This document shows positions 38,479-47,946 of a stretch of 64,000 nt of DNA, one piece after another (the stretch's first letter is position 1; every line of letters begins with the position of its first letter). This stretch comes from an uncultured Methanosarcinales archaeon (GTDB taxonomy: Archaea; Nanobdellota; Nanobdellia; Woesearchaeales; CAYSVS01): NCBI GenBank assembly GCA_964589485.1, contig CAZPRK010000004.1:20611-84610 (forward strand), in the 5' to 3' direction. The notes beneath the pieces are model-generated. The model did not search any database and was not told the DNA's origin. It was given only the letters and a program-made list of their open reading frames with translations. The position numbers and the translations under genes are program-made.

Positions 38479-38730
38479 ATGAAATACATGCATATTGCAG
38501 GATATATTACTAATTATTTTAGTGACAGGTTTATGGACGGAGAAAAGGTAGATTTGAATTCTATTAAGGAAATAGTTAATTTTGAACTGAAAAACTTACC
38601 AAAACCTCATACTAAATTATCCATTTTGGATGAACAGATAGATAGAATGTATCATGCTTTGCTTCAGGAACATGCAAATGTTAGAATTTTAGGTATTTTT
38701 AGAGAAACGCAGAGGAAATTACAAAAATGA
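38479..38730 (+). CDS. hypothetical protein
   Basis: ATG 38479 fits TATA at about 38450. Confidence 0.55.
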   Translation: MKYMHIAGYITNYFSDRFMDGEKVDLNSIKEIVNFELKNLPKPHTKLSILDEQIDRMYHALLQEHANVRILGIFRETQRKLQK

Positions 38731-38867
38731 AACAATATGAAGATATAATTAGAGAAACTCTTAGGCATAATGAATTAGTTTCAAAGCCTTCTGAACCTTA
38801 TGAATATGATTTAAAAAGAAATAATGAAATGCAGAAAAAAGCTAAATTATATGAAACAATTAGATAA
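38727..38867 (+). CDS. unannotated small protein (46 aa)
   Basis: ATGA-coupled to upstream ORF; MKQYEDIIRETLRHNELVSKPSEPYEYDLKRNNEMQKKAKLYETIR. Confidence 0.5.
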   Translation: MKQYEDIIRETLRHNELVSKPSEPYEYDLKRNNEMQKKAKLYETIR

Positions 38868-38898
38868 GTTTTTATATTTCTAAAGCAAATTAATTGTC

Positions 38899-39873
38899 AT
38901 GATCAATTCAGAAATATCTAGAATATTCAAAGAAATGGGAGATATTCTTGAAATTAATAATGAAGTTTGGCCGTCTAGAGCATATCATAGAGCTGCTCAA
39001 ATAATAGATTCTTTACCTAAAGATTTAGTAGATATGTATAAAGAAGGTGGATTAAAAGCTATTGAAGAAATAAATGGAATAGGTAAAACTTTAGCAGAAA
39101 AAATTGAAGAGTTTATTAAAACAAAACAATTAAAGGCACACCAAGAATTAAGATCAAGTATTAACCCTGGATTGTTAACATTATTACAAATTCATGGCAT
39201 GGGTCCAAAGAAAGTTAAAAAGCTACATAACGAATTAAATATTAATTCAATTGAAGATTTAAGAGATGCAGTTGAAAAACAAAAAATTAGGCATTTATCT
39301 GGGTTTGGAGAAAAATCAGAATTATTGATAAAGGAAGGTATTGATATTGATAAAACAAAAAGAGTCCTTTATAAGAAAGCAATTTCTGTTGCTAAAGAGT
39401 TAGTAAAAAAATTAATTCAAGCTAATGTTGTTGTAAAAGTTGAAATTGCTGGTTCTTTAAGAAGAAAGAAATCAACAATAAAAGATATTGATATTTTATG
39501 TATTTCTGATGATATAAAAAAAACAGTTGATTTTTTCACAACTGAATTTGAAGTAAAGAAAGTAATTGCAAAAGGTAAAACAAAAGCTGCCATTTTATTA
39601 AAAAATAAAATTCAAGTTGATTTAAGGATTATTAAAGAAAATGAATGGGGAAGTGCTTTACATTATTTCACAGGAAGTAAAGAACATAATGTATATATGA
39701 GACAAGTTGCTATTTCTAAAGGTTACAAATTAAATGAATATGGGTTATTTGATAAAAAAATAAATAAATTAATTGCATCTAAAACTGAAAAAGAAATTTA
39801 TGATAAATTAGGGTTTAATTACATTCCACCTGATAAAAGGGAAGTTGGGAAATATATTGAGTTTAAGAATTAG
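38899..39873 (+). CDS. polX: DNA polymerase X without PHP domain
   Basis: RAYHRAA, GIGKTLA, GMGPKK, AGSLRR..DIDIL, QVDLR, YFTGSKEHN, LNEYGL. Confidence 0.92.
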   Translation: MINSEISRIFKEMGDILEINNEVWPSRAYHRAAQIIDSLPKDLVDMYKEGGLKAIEEINGIGKTLAEKIEEFIKTKQLKAHQELRSSINPGLLTLLQIHGMGPKKVKKLHNELNINSIEDLRDAVEKQKIRHLSGFGEKSELLIKEGIDIDKTKRVLYKKAISVAKELVKKLIQANVVVKVEIAGSLRRKKSTIKDIDILCISDDIKKTVDFFTTEFEVKKVIAKGKTKAAILLKNKIQVDLRIIKENEWGSALHYFTGSKEHNVYMRQVAISKGYKLNEYGLFDKKINKLIASKTEKEIYDKLGFNYIPPDKREVGKYIEFKN

Positions 39874-39903
39874 TTTTAAAAAGATATAACTTATTTCAAC
39901 AAT

Positions 39904-40215
39904 ATGAAAGAACTAATTGAACAAAAATCAATTGATAATTTTTTTGCAGATTTTAATGATGACGAAAAACTTGTTGCAAAAAGCATTTTAAGTATGAAAA
40001 TGATTACAGGATTATCTGGAAGAATATGTAATAAAGCAAATGAAATAGAAGGAATAAACTTACAAACAACCTTTTTTAAATTAACTGACTATTTAGATAA
40101 TGTAGCTGCCGGTCAAAATAAATTATTTAAAGAATATGCTGCAAAACTAGGAATTTCTGAACAAAGATATAGAGAAATTGCAGATTTTGTTTACACACAT
40201 GAAACAGAAATTTAA
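39904..40215 (+). CDS. hypothetical protein
   Basis: 103-aa ORF. Confidence 0.55.
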   Translation: MKELIEQKSIDNFFADFNDDEKLVAKSILSMKMITGLSGRICNKANEIEGINLQTTFFKLTDYLDNVAAGQNKLFKEYAAKLGISEQRYREIADFVYTHETEI

Positions 40216-40767
40216 TCAAAATCCCTTCTTCTTAACAAATTCAATAAATCCTTCTGGAAGAAATACTTTATCATTTTCAACAACATACCTATAAGGTAAT
40301 ACTATTTCTTCTCCTTTTTCAATATGAATAACTAAATCATCTTGAAATTGAAATTCAGTTCTTCCTTTAGAAATTTCATGAACTACATAAACAGCTGTAT
40401 TGGTTGACATTTGTTTTTTTCCAATGTTTCTTTTTTCAGATTTAATTTTATCACTTAATTCTTGTTTAGTTCTTTTACGCATTGGATAATCTCCTAATAT
40501 TCCACCAAAAAGTAAATAGTCAAAATTTTGACAATCTGTTTGAGAAATTTTATTTTCAGCTTCAGGATCTAAAATACACATATTTTCAAAATTTAAATCT
40601 ATTACACTTTTTTCATATACTTCTCCTAAAGAAGATAATTTATTTTTATCTTTTTTAACATTAGTGAAAATTAAATTATCTTTTCCAACTATTTCAGAAA
40701 TATGCGTATATTCTCTTTCGCACCATTCAAATACTTCAGGTTCTAAATGTTCGATTATATATTTCAT
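40216..40767 (-). CDS. SPOUT methyltransferase, Sfm1/DUF431 family
   Basis: YIIEHLE..W...EY, LDP, FGGILGD, QMSTNTAV, LPYRY. Confidence 0.88.
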   Translation of the reverse strand: MKYIIEHLEPEVFEWCEREYTHISEIVGKDNLIFTNVKKDKNKLSSLGEVYEKSVIDLNFENMCILDPEAENKISQTDCQNFDYLLFGGILGDYPMRKRTKQELSDKIKSEKRNIGKKQMSTNTAVYVVHEISKGRTEFQFQDDLVIHIEKGEEIVLPYRYVVENDKVFLPEGFIEFVKKKGF

Positions 40768-40850
40768 TTTTATTAAAATAACTTAATTTGTATAAAAAAG
40801 TAATGTTTCGTACCAACAAGTTTTTAAATAATAAAATAAATATTCCCTTC

Positions 40851-41213
40851 ATGGCAAAAAAGAGGGTTAAGAAACATCATCATTCGTTATTAGTGTTTTT
40901 TGTAATTACTTTACTTTTATTTATGCTCTCTTTTAGTTTTGGAAGTTTTAATCAAACCTTTAATGATAAAAGAATGGCTGCAGTTTTAATTGCAGATGGA
41001 AATGCTGATTTAGCATTAACTTATTGTGCTAAAATGAAGTTTAGAAATTTTGAATGTTATGATATATATATGGATAATATAAACGAATTTGATAAAAATA
41101 TTTGTAGCGTTATGAATGTTGGAAAACTTCCATTTTGGACTACTGAAAATCAAGAAAGAAATATTTTCTTGAATTTTAAAAAAGTAAAAGAAAAATGTTT
41201 ATCTAGATTCTAA
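40851..41213 (+). CDS. membrane-anchored Cys-containing protein
   Basis: Basic N-terminus, one TM, four Cys. Confidence 0.6.
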   Translation: MAKKRVKKHHHSLLVFFVITLLLFMLSFSFGSFNQTFNDKRMAAVLIADGNADLALTYCAKMKFRNFECYDIYMDNINEFDKNICSVMNVGKLPFWTTENQERNIFLNFKKVKEKCLSRF

Positions 41214-41426
41214 ATGTTCAATTATATTTTGAGAATCTCCTATAAATTCACCATTATCTTCTAATACGGGAACAGTTCCTACTCCTGATTTCTCTAATAA
41301 CATCTTCCTTGTAGGGTCTTCTCTATCGTGTTCAACATTAACTTTTTCATATTCAATGTTTAGTTCTTCGAATTTAGCTCTAACTTTAGCACAGAAAGGA
41401 CAAGTTTCAAATTGATATAATTTCAT
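41199..41426 (-). CDS. glutaredoxin-like protein
   Basis: CPFC, TVPVL, IGDS. Confidence 0.92.
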   Translation of the reverse strand: MKLYQFETCPFCAKVRAKFEELNIEYEKVNVEHDREDPTRKMLLEKSGVGTVPVLEDNGEFIGDSQNIIEHLESR

Positions 41427-41435
41427 TTTAACACC

Positions 41436-42668
41436 TCATTTATTAATTATTCCATATCCTATTAATCTAAATCTATTTCCTAATCTTCTTGATATGGTAA
41501 CTCTAGCTCCAGGTTCAGCACAAATTGGTCTTTTTAAAACACATTTAATTTTATTCTTACCTAATTCTGAAACAACTCCAACAGTTGCTGCAGAATTTAC
41601 ATTAAGCATTAACATTTCTGATTTTTTAATTGGTTCCACAACTAAATCATCTTTTGCTCCTACAACCCTATCTAACAATTTTGTTTTTAAAGTTAATTCT
41701 TCTAATACGGGTGGAAGTTTTCCAGGAACTCCGGCAATTCCACCAGTTAATTTATCACTTTTTACAACACTAGGATCTAAGGTTGTCATTATTCCAATTG
41801 ATCCTCCTGGAGAAACTTTATCAAATTGTTCTTTTCCTGAATTAATTGAAACTATTTTTGTTTTTATTGGTTTGTATATTTTCTTATTTTGTTCTTCAGT
41901 TTCATATCCTGGCTTAATTTCAATTTCTTCTCCTACCTTTAAAACTCCTTGAGTTATTGCTCCTCCAAGTACTCCACCGACTAAATCTTTAGGAAAAATT
42001 CCAGGTTTGTTAACATCAAAACTTCTTGCAATTAAAAACGTTGGACTTTTTTTAGCATCTCTTTTAGGAGTAGGCATTATTTCTTCTATTGTTTTAATTA
42101 AATAACCAATATTTATTGAATGTTGAGCTGATATTGGAATTATTGGAGAATTTTCATATTTAGTTTTTTTAATGAATTTTTTAATTTGTTCGTAATTTTT
42201 CATTGCTTGTTCTTCCGATACTAAATCAATTTTATTTTGTATTATAACTAAATTTTCTATTCCTGCAATTTCTAATGCCATTAAATGTTCTCTAGTTTGA
42301 GGTTGAGGGCAAGTTTCATTTGCGCTAATTAACAATAAAGCTCCATCCATTATTGTAGCTCCACTAAGCATTGTTGCCATTAAACTTTCGTGACCTGGCG
42401 CATCTACTATACTTATTTTTCTTAATAACTTACCTTTGCTTTTGCATTGTTTACATTCCTTATCTGTGGTAAATGCTTCGCTTCCTTTGCACTTACATTT
42501 ATAGAAAGTTGTATCTGCATATCCTAATCTAATGGTAATTCCTCTTTTAAGTTCTTCACTGTGGGTATCAGTCCATTTTCCTGAGAGTTTTTGGGTTAAT
42601 GTAGTTTTACCATGATCTACATGTCCAACCATTCCAATGTTAATTTCAGGTTGAGTTATTTTTACCAT
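41436..42668 (-). CDS. eif2g: translation initiation factor IF-2 subunit gamma
   Basis: QPEINIGMVGHVDHGKTT, RGITIRLGY, DAPGHE, NKID. Confidence 0.97.
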   Translation of the reverse strand: MVKITQPEINIGMVGHVDHGKTTLTQKLSGKWTDTHSEELKRGITIRLGYADTTFYKCKCKGSEAFTTDKECKQCKSKGKLLRKISIVDAPGHESLMATMLSGATIMDGALLLISANETCPQPQTREHLMALEIAGIENLVIIQNKIDLVSEEQAMKNYEQIKKFIKKTKYENSPIIPISAQHSINIGYLIKTIEEIMPTPKRDAKKSPTFLIARSFDVNKPGIFPKDLVGGVLGGAITQGVLKVGEEIEIKPGYETEEQNKKIYKPIKTKIVSINSGKEQFDKVSPGGSIGIMTTLDPSVVKSDKLTGGIAGVPGKLPPVLEELTLKTKLLDRVVGAKDDLVVEPIKKSEMLMLNVNSAATVGVVSELGKNKIKCVLKRPICAEPGARVTISRRLGNRFRLIGYGIINK

Positions 42669-42671
42669 TTT

Positions 42672-42788
42672 TCACCATAAAAAAAAGCTAATTAACACAA
42701 ATACCAAACCTAATGCAAAAATTATATAACTAATTTTTTCATCTTTTGGTAAGTCTTCTAGCTTATATTTAATTTCTTCAAAGTTCAT
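42672..42788 (-). CDS. unannotated tail-anchored membrane microprotein (38 aa)
   Basis: GGTGA RBS; MNFEEIKYKLEDLPKDEKISYIIFALGLVFVLISFFLW; fills the rps6e-eIF2g gap. Confidence 0.75.
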   Translation of the reverse strand: MNFEEIKYKLEDLPKDEKISYIIFALGLVFVLISFFLW

Positions 42789-43193
42789 TTATTCACCTTC
42801 TTTTGCAACAACTTCTTCTTCTTTTTTTTCTTCGAAAAGTGATTCTTTACCTTGTTTAAGAATTTTTAAGTTTATTTGTTTGATACTATCGTTAACTTTT
42901 TCTCCACATACTGTTTTTCTTTTTCTTAAACCTTTTTCAAAGTTTTTGAATCCAACTCCACCTTTAGTAAGAATTTTTTTTCTTGGTAGATTAATACCTT
43001 TTCTCATAGGAAAACCACATCTGTCGCTTCCTCCTCTTAATTCAAATTCATACCCTTGTAAGTCAAGAACTTCTCCTTTAACAGTATCTCCTATTTTAAG
43101 ATCTAGAAAAGGTTTAGCTTGATCATCTTTAGCTTCAAGCTGTTTTGATTTTCCTGTTTTTGGATCATTTATTACAATTTTAAATTCTGCCAT
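42789..43193 (-). CDS. rps6e: 30S ribosomal protein S6e
   Basis: FKIVINDPKTG, GGSDRCGFPMR, QINLKI; GGAGG RBS before ATG 43193. Confidence 0.95.
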   Translation of the reverse strand: MAEFKIVINDPKTGKSKQLEAKDDQAKPFLDLKIGDTVKGEVLDLQGYEFELRGGSDRCGFPMRKGINLPRKKILTKGGVGFKNFEKGLRKRKTVCGEKVNDSIKQINLKILKQGKESLFEEKKEEEVVAKEGE

Positions 43194-43200
43194 ATGCTTC

Positions 43201-43260
43201 CCTCCATAAATCTCTCGAGAACTACGATCCCGAGAACATAGCAATTATGCCTCAGCAACG
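43201..43260 (-). promoter_or_regulatory. structured 5' leader of the rps6e-eIF2g operon
   Basis: 8-bp stem 43213-20/43228-35 and 5-bp stem 43236-40/43246-50 between TATA (about 43279-86) and RBS. Confidence 0.45.
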
Positions 43261-43372
43261 TATTGGAAAAGTATTTTGTTTATAAATCTTTGGTTGATTT
43301 ATTCTTTTCTATATTGAAATAAAAAAACAAAACAGTTACATTTAAATACTATTCACTCATAACCACTATTAA

Positions 43373-44278
43373 ATGACAAAAAACAAATGTGCAGAATGTG
43401 GTGAAGGAGATTTCTTCATAAACAGAGAACAAGGAGAAGTGATTTGTAAATCTTGCGGCTTCGTTGTAGAAGATAGTATGGTTACTTTTGGTAGAGAAAG
43501 ACATATTGATTCTGAAGATATGGAAAAAAACAGTAGAACTGGTGCTCCGTGGGATCCAAGAATTTCAAATAACTTGTCAACAAATATAGGTAATCATCAA
43601 GATTTAAGAGGATTAAATTCAAAACAACAAACTTTATTCAAAAGAATTAGAAAGAAAAATAACTGGACAAGTTCAAGTTTAGAAAGTAATTTCAACAAGA
43701 ACTTAGCTAATTTAAGATTACTTTCTAGTGCATTAAGTATTCCTGAAATTGTAGAAAAGGAAGCTGCTCAATTATATAGAGAATTTGCACAACATGGTTT
43801 TACTAGAGCTAGAAGTTGTGAATATGTTGTAGTAGCATCAATTTATGCTGCATGTAAAATGCACGCTTTGCCTAAGTCATTAAAAGAAATAAGTGATTCT
43901 TCAAATATTGATAAAAAAATAATTGCTAAAAATTACAAATACTTAGCAAAAAAACTGAGCTTAAAAATGACATTGAGTAATCCAATTGATTTTTTAGGAA
44001 AGTTCAACTCAGCTTTAGAACTAAGCCCAAAAGTTCAATCACAAGCGGTTGAAATAATTGAGCTTGCTGAAAAGAAAGGATTAACTAATGGGAAAAGTCC
44101 TTTAAGTACAGCTGCAAGCTCGCTATATATTTCTGCATTAATGTTAAACGAAAAAGTTACTCAGAAAAGTGTTGCAGATACTGCAAAAATAACTGAAGTA
44201 ACTTTAAGAAATAGATGTAAAGAAATGATTAATGGCTTAAAAATTAAAAGTAAACTTAAGAAGAAAATTAAGTGTTAG
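43373..44278 (+). CDS. tfb: transcription initiation factor TFB
   Basis: CAECG...CKSCG zinc ribbon, SRTGAP, two cyclin repeats, TEVTLRNR. Confidence 0.95.
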   Translation: MTKNKCAECGEGDFFINREQGEVICKSCGFVVEDSMVTFGRERHIDSEDMEKNSRTGAPWDPRISNNLSTNIGNHQDLRGLNSKQQTLFKRIRKKNNWTSSSLESNFNKNLANLRLLSSALSIPEIVEKEAAQLYREFAQHGFTRARSCEYVVVASIYAACKMHALPKSLKEISDSSNIDKKIIAKNYKYLAKKLSLKMTLSNPIDFLGKFNSALELSPKVQSQAVEIIELAEKKGLTNGKSPLSTAASSLYISALMLNEKVTQKSVADTAKITEVTLRNRCKEMINGLKIKSKLKKKIKC

Positions 44279-44330
44279 TTTTTTTAAGTAAATTCTTTTT
44301 TTAAATTAATTATAATTGTTGTTGTAGTAA

Positions 44331-44630
44331 CTAAAACAATCTAGGAACGCAATCATCTACTTCATCTTTTTCCATAAATGGATATATTTTACAAATATCT
44401 GGTCTGTTTTCATAAATTGTACATAACTTTGTTTTTTGATTCAAAAACATACAATAACCATTAATTCTTTTTAATACAGTTTTACCATTCTCTGGGTGAA
44501 TAGGGTCAAGGTCAAGAAAATCTTTATGTCCTGCATTTTTTATTTTTTCTATATCTTCTTTAGTTGGAACAACAACTGGTTTACAACATTCAGCACAATC
44601 TTTACAGTTAAGATTTTCTTTGGTGATCAT
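44331..44630 (-). CDS. YkgJ-family cysteine-cluster protein
   Basis: CKDCAECC...CMFL...CTIYENRPDICKIYPF. Confidence 0.88.
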   Translation of the reverse strand: MITKENLNCKDCAECCKPVVVPTKEDIEKIKNAGHKDFLDLDPIHPENGKTVLKRINGYCMFLNQKTKLCTIYENRPDICKIYPFMEKDEVDDCVPRLF

Positions 44631-44733
44631 TTAAGATAATATTGTGTTGGTTTATATTAACTTTTTGAAAAAGTTTTTAAATAATAAAATAATATTCTGT
44701 AAAGGGGTGATTCAAATAGAATTAGAAAATTAT

Positions 44734-44922
44734 ATGAGTAATTTAAAACCTTTAAGATTTGAAGTTGATTTAACTCCTGTGAATGGAACAAAACAGGAAA
44801 CAAAATATATGAATTTAAAAAATTTAGTTATGGTTCTAGGGGCAGCTGCAACTATTGGAATTGGGGTTTATAATTTGGAACGTCAAGAAGATTATAATGT
44901 ACGACAACACTATCAAAAATAA
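44734..44922 (+). CDS. small single-TM hypothetical protein (start uncertain)
   Basis: LVMVLGAAATIGIGVY hydrophobic stretch. Confidence 0.4.
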   Translation: MSNLKPLRFEVDLTPVNGTKQETKYMNLKNLVMVLGAAATIGIGVYNLERQEDYNVRQHYQK

Positions 44923-44983
44923 GTTATTCAAGAGTAGAAACTTTTAAATACAAACCCTAAATTCTGGAAATGGGGTGTTTGAT

Positions 44984-46591
44984 ATGACAAAAGATGTTCA
45001 ACCGATTTTTATTATGCCTGAAGGTACTCAGAGAAGTACTGGAAGAAATGCACAAAAAAATAATATTATGGCTGCAAAGTTAGTTGCAGAAACAGTTAGA
45101 ACTACATTAGGTCCAAAAGGAATGGATAAAATGATTGTTGATTCTTTAAATAATGTTATTGTTACTAATGATGGTGTTACAATTTTAGAAGAAATGCAAA
45201 TTGAACATCCAACTGCGAAAATGATTGTTGAAATTGCAAAAACTCAAGAAAGTGAAGTTGGTGATGGTACAACTACTGCAGTTGTATTAGCTGGAGAGTT
45301 TTTAAAAAATGCAGAAGAATTAATTGAAAGAAATGTACATCCAACAGTTATAGCAAAAGGTTACAGGTTAGCTGCAGTAAAAGCTCATTCTTTATTACAT
45401 GACATTGCAGAGGATGTTGATGAAAAAAATATGGATGTTTTAAAAAAAATAGCACTTACTGCTATGACTGGAAAAGGAGCAGAACATGCAAAAGAAGTTC
45501 TTGCGGATGTTGCAGTTAAAGCAATTAAATTAATTACAGATGAAGATATTAACTTAAATAATATTAAACTTGAAAAAAAATCAGGAGCAAGTGTTGAAGA
45601 AACTAGTTTAGTTAATGGTATTATTTTAGATAAAGAAAAAGTTCATCCAAATATGCCATCTAAAGTTGAGAATGCAAAAATTGCTTTACTTGATTGCTCA
45701 ATTGAAATTAAAGATACTGAGACAGATGCTAAAATTAGTATTACTGAACCTTCTCAATTACAAGCTTTTATTGATCAAGAAGATGCAATGTTAAGAACAA
45801 TGGTAGATAAAGTTGTTTCATCAGGTGCAACAGTAGTTTTTTGTCAGAAAGGAATTGATGATTTGGCTCAACATTATCTTGCAAAAGCTGGAATTTTTGC
45901 ATCAAGAAGAGTTAAAAAAAGTGATATGGAAAATTTGTCTAGAGCAACAGGTGCTAAAGTTATTTCTAATTTACATGATTTAAATAGTAGTGATTTAGGA
46001 CATGCTGGCATGGTAGAAGAAGAAAAAGTAAATGATGAAGAAATGGTTTATGTTAAAAATTGTAAAAATCCTAAATCGGTTACAATTTTAGTTCGAGGTG
46101 GAACTGAACACGTTATTGATGAAGTAAAAAGAGCTATGGACGATGCTTTAGGTGATTTAAGATCTGCATTAAAAATGAAAAAAGTAGTTGGTGGCGCAGG
46201 TTCTTCTGAAATTGAGATTAGTAAATCGTTGCGAAAATATGCAGATAGTTTATCTGGAAGGGAACAACTTGCAGTGGAAGCATTTGCAAATGCAATGGAA
46301 GTTATTCCTAGAACTTTAGCTGAAAATGCTGGACTTGATCCTATTGATGTTTTAACTGAATTAAAATCATCTCATGATAAAAATCAAAAGTGGGCAGGGA
46401 TAGATGTATTTTCTGGAAAAATTGTAGATTCTTGGAGAAAAGGTGTAATTGAGCCATTAAAAATTAAAACTCAGGCTGTTTCAAGTGCATCTGAAGTTGC
46501 AATAATGATTTTAAGAATAGATGATGTTATTAGTGGAAGTTCACCGAAAGATACGCCTATGCCTCCTCCTGGAATGCCTCCTATGATGTAA
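44984..46591 (+). CDS. ths: thermosome (group II chaperonin) subunit
   Basis: [34 protein letters not shown]. Confidence 0.97.
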   Translation: MTKDVQPIFIMPEGTQRSTGRNAQKNNIMAAKLVAETVRTTLGPKGMDKMIVDSLNNVIVTNDGVTILEEMQIEHPTAKMIVEIAKTQESEVGDGTTTAVVLAGEFLKNAEELIERNVHPTVIAKGYRLAAVKAHSLLHDIAEDVDEKNMDVLKKIALTAMTGKGAEHAKEVLADVAVKAIKLITDEDINLNNIKLEKKSGASVEETSLVNGIILDKEKVHPNMPSKVENAKIALLDCSIEIKDTETDAKISITEPSQLQAFIDQEDAMLRTMVDKVVSSGATVVFCQKGIDDLAQHYLAKAGIFASRRVKKSDMENLSRATGAKVISNLHDLNSSDLGHAGMVEEEKVNDEEMVYVKNCKNPKSVTILVRGGTEHVIDEVKRAMDDALGDLRSALKMKKVVGGAGSSEIEISKSLRKYADSLSGREQLAVEAFANAMEVIPRTLAENAGLDPIDVLTELKSSHDKNQKWAGIDVFSGKIVDSWRKGVIEPLKIKTQAVSSASEVAIMILRIDDVISGSSPKDTPMPPPGMPPMM

Positions 46592-46593
46592 AC

Positions 46594-47037
46594 CTATTTA
46601 GCTAATTTTTGAACTTCGCTTTCAAAGGCTTTAATGCTTCTAAAATTTTGATATACTGAAGTAAACCTTAAATACGCAATAGGATCAATATTTTTTAATT
46701 CTTGCATTGCTAGTTTTCCAACTTGTTTAGTTGTTTGATTATGCTTACTTAAACTTCTAAGTTTAGTTTCAACTTGTATTATGATTTGATCTATTTTTTC
46801 TTCAGAAATAGGTCTTTTTTCACAGGATAATAATAGCCCTTTTTTTAATTTTTCTCTGTCGAATGGTTGCATACTTTTATCTTTTTTTCTTATTAATAAT
46901 GGTCTAAATTCAACTTTTTCGTAAGTTGTAAATCTACTTTTGCATTTCAAACATTCTCTCCTTCTTCTATTAAAGTTATTTTCATCTCTTTTATCTATAA
47001 CTTTACTTGAAGTTGAGGCACAAAATGGACATAGCAT
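46594..47037 (-). CDS. nrdR: transcriptional repressor NrdR
   Basis: CPFC, RRRECLKC..RFTTYE, ATP cone, AYLRFTSVY. Confidence 0.94.
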   Translation of the reverse strand: MLCPFCASTSSKVIDKRDENNFNRRRRECLKCKSRFTTYEKVEFRPLLIRKKDKSMQPFDREKLKKGLLLSCEKRPISEEKIDQIIIQVETKLRSLSKHNQTTKQVGKLAMQELKNIDPIAYLRFTSVYQNFRSIKAFESEVQKLAK

Positions 47038-47092
47038 GAGTAAATAGTGCGTATTAGAGTATATAAAATTTGTGAAACCTAAAACTTTAAAT

Positions 47093-47111
47093 AGTATTAC
47101 TTCATCATACT
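47093..47111. promoter_or_regulatory. inverted repeat, candidate operator of the RHH-nucleotidyltransferase gene
   Basis: AGTATTA-CTTCA-TCATACT between TTTAAATA box and start codon. Confidence 0.4.
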
Positions 47112-47115
47112 TTTG

Positions 47116-47946
47116 ATGAAAGAAAGATTAACTGTAACAATTGATGAAGAAATTATAAATCGTGTTGATGAATCTATAGATGGACATAATGTTAAAAATA
47201 GAAGCCATGCTTTTGAAGTTTTGTTAAACAAAGCATTAAAGCCAAAGCTACCTAAAAAAGCAGTAATTTTATGCGGTGGTCAAGGAACTAGATTAAGACC
47301 TTTAACTTATGAAATTCCCAAGGCATTAATTCCTGTTCATGGTAAAACTTTAACTGAACATTTATTTGATTTATTTAAGAAATATGGTGTAGAAGAAATA
47401 TACATGGCAGTAGGTCATATGAAAGATAAAATAATGAATTTTTTTGGCAATGGGGATAAATTCGGATTAAAAATACATTATATTATTGAAGAAGATCCCT
47501 TAGGAACGGGAGGTCCTCTAAAAAAACTAAATCTTAATGAACCATTTTTTTGTACTAATGGTGATGAATTAAAAGATATAAATTTAGAAGAAATGTATAG
47601 TTTGCATAAAAAAGAAAATGCAACTGTTACAATTGCATTAACAACAGTTGAAGATCCAAGTCAATATGGAGTTGCAAGACTTAACGGAAGTAAAATTCAA
47701 GAATTTGTTGAAAAACCAAAAGAAAATGCACCTAGTAAATTAATTAATTCTGGATTTTATATAATTGAGCCTCAAGCTTTATCTTTAATTCCAGATGGAT
47801 TTGCTATGCTTGAAAAAGAAGTATTTCCAAGGCTGGCTTCTGAAGATAAATTAACTGGATATCCTTTTTCTGGTCAATGGTTCGATACAGGAAATATGGA
47901 AAGGTATGAAAAAGCAATTAAGGAATGGAGAGGCTTTTCAGAATGA
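47116..47946 (+). CDS. ribbon-helix-helix domain fused to NDP-sugar nucleotidyltransferase
   Basis: MKERLTVTIDEE..NRSHAFE (RHH); LCGGQGTRLRPLT..PK, LGTGG, NGD, FVEKP, WFDTG. Confidence 0.9.
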   Translation: MKERLTVTIDEEIINRVDESIDGHNVKNRSHAFEVLLNKALKPKLPKKAVILCGGQGTRLRPLTYEIPKALIPVHGKTLTEHLFDLFKKYGVEEIYMAVGHMKDKIMNFFGNGDKFGLKIHYIIEEDPLGTGGPLKKLNLNEPFFCTNGDELKDINLEEMYSLHKKENATVTIALTTVEDPSQYGVARLNGSKIQEFVEKPKENAPSKLINSGFYIIEPQALSLIPDGFAMLEKEVFPRLASEDKLTGYPFSGQWFDTGNMERYEKAIKEWRGFSE

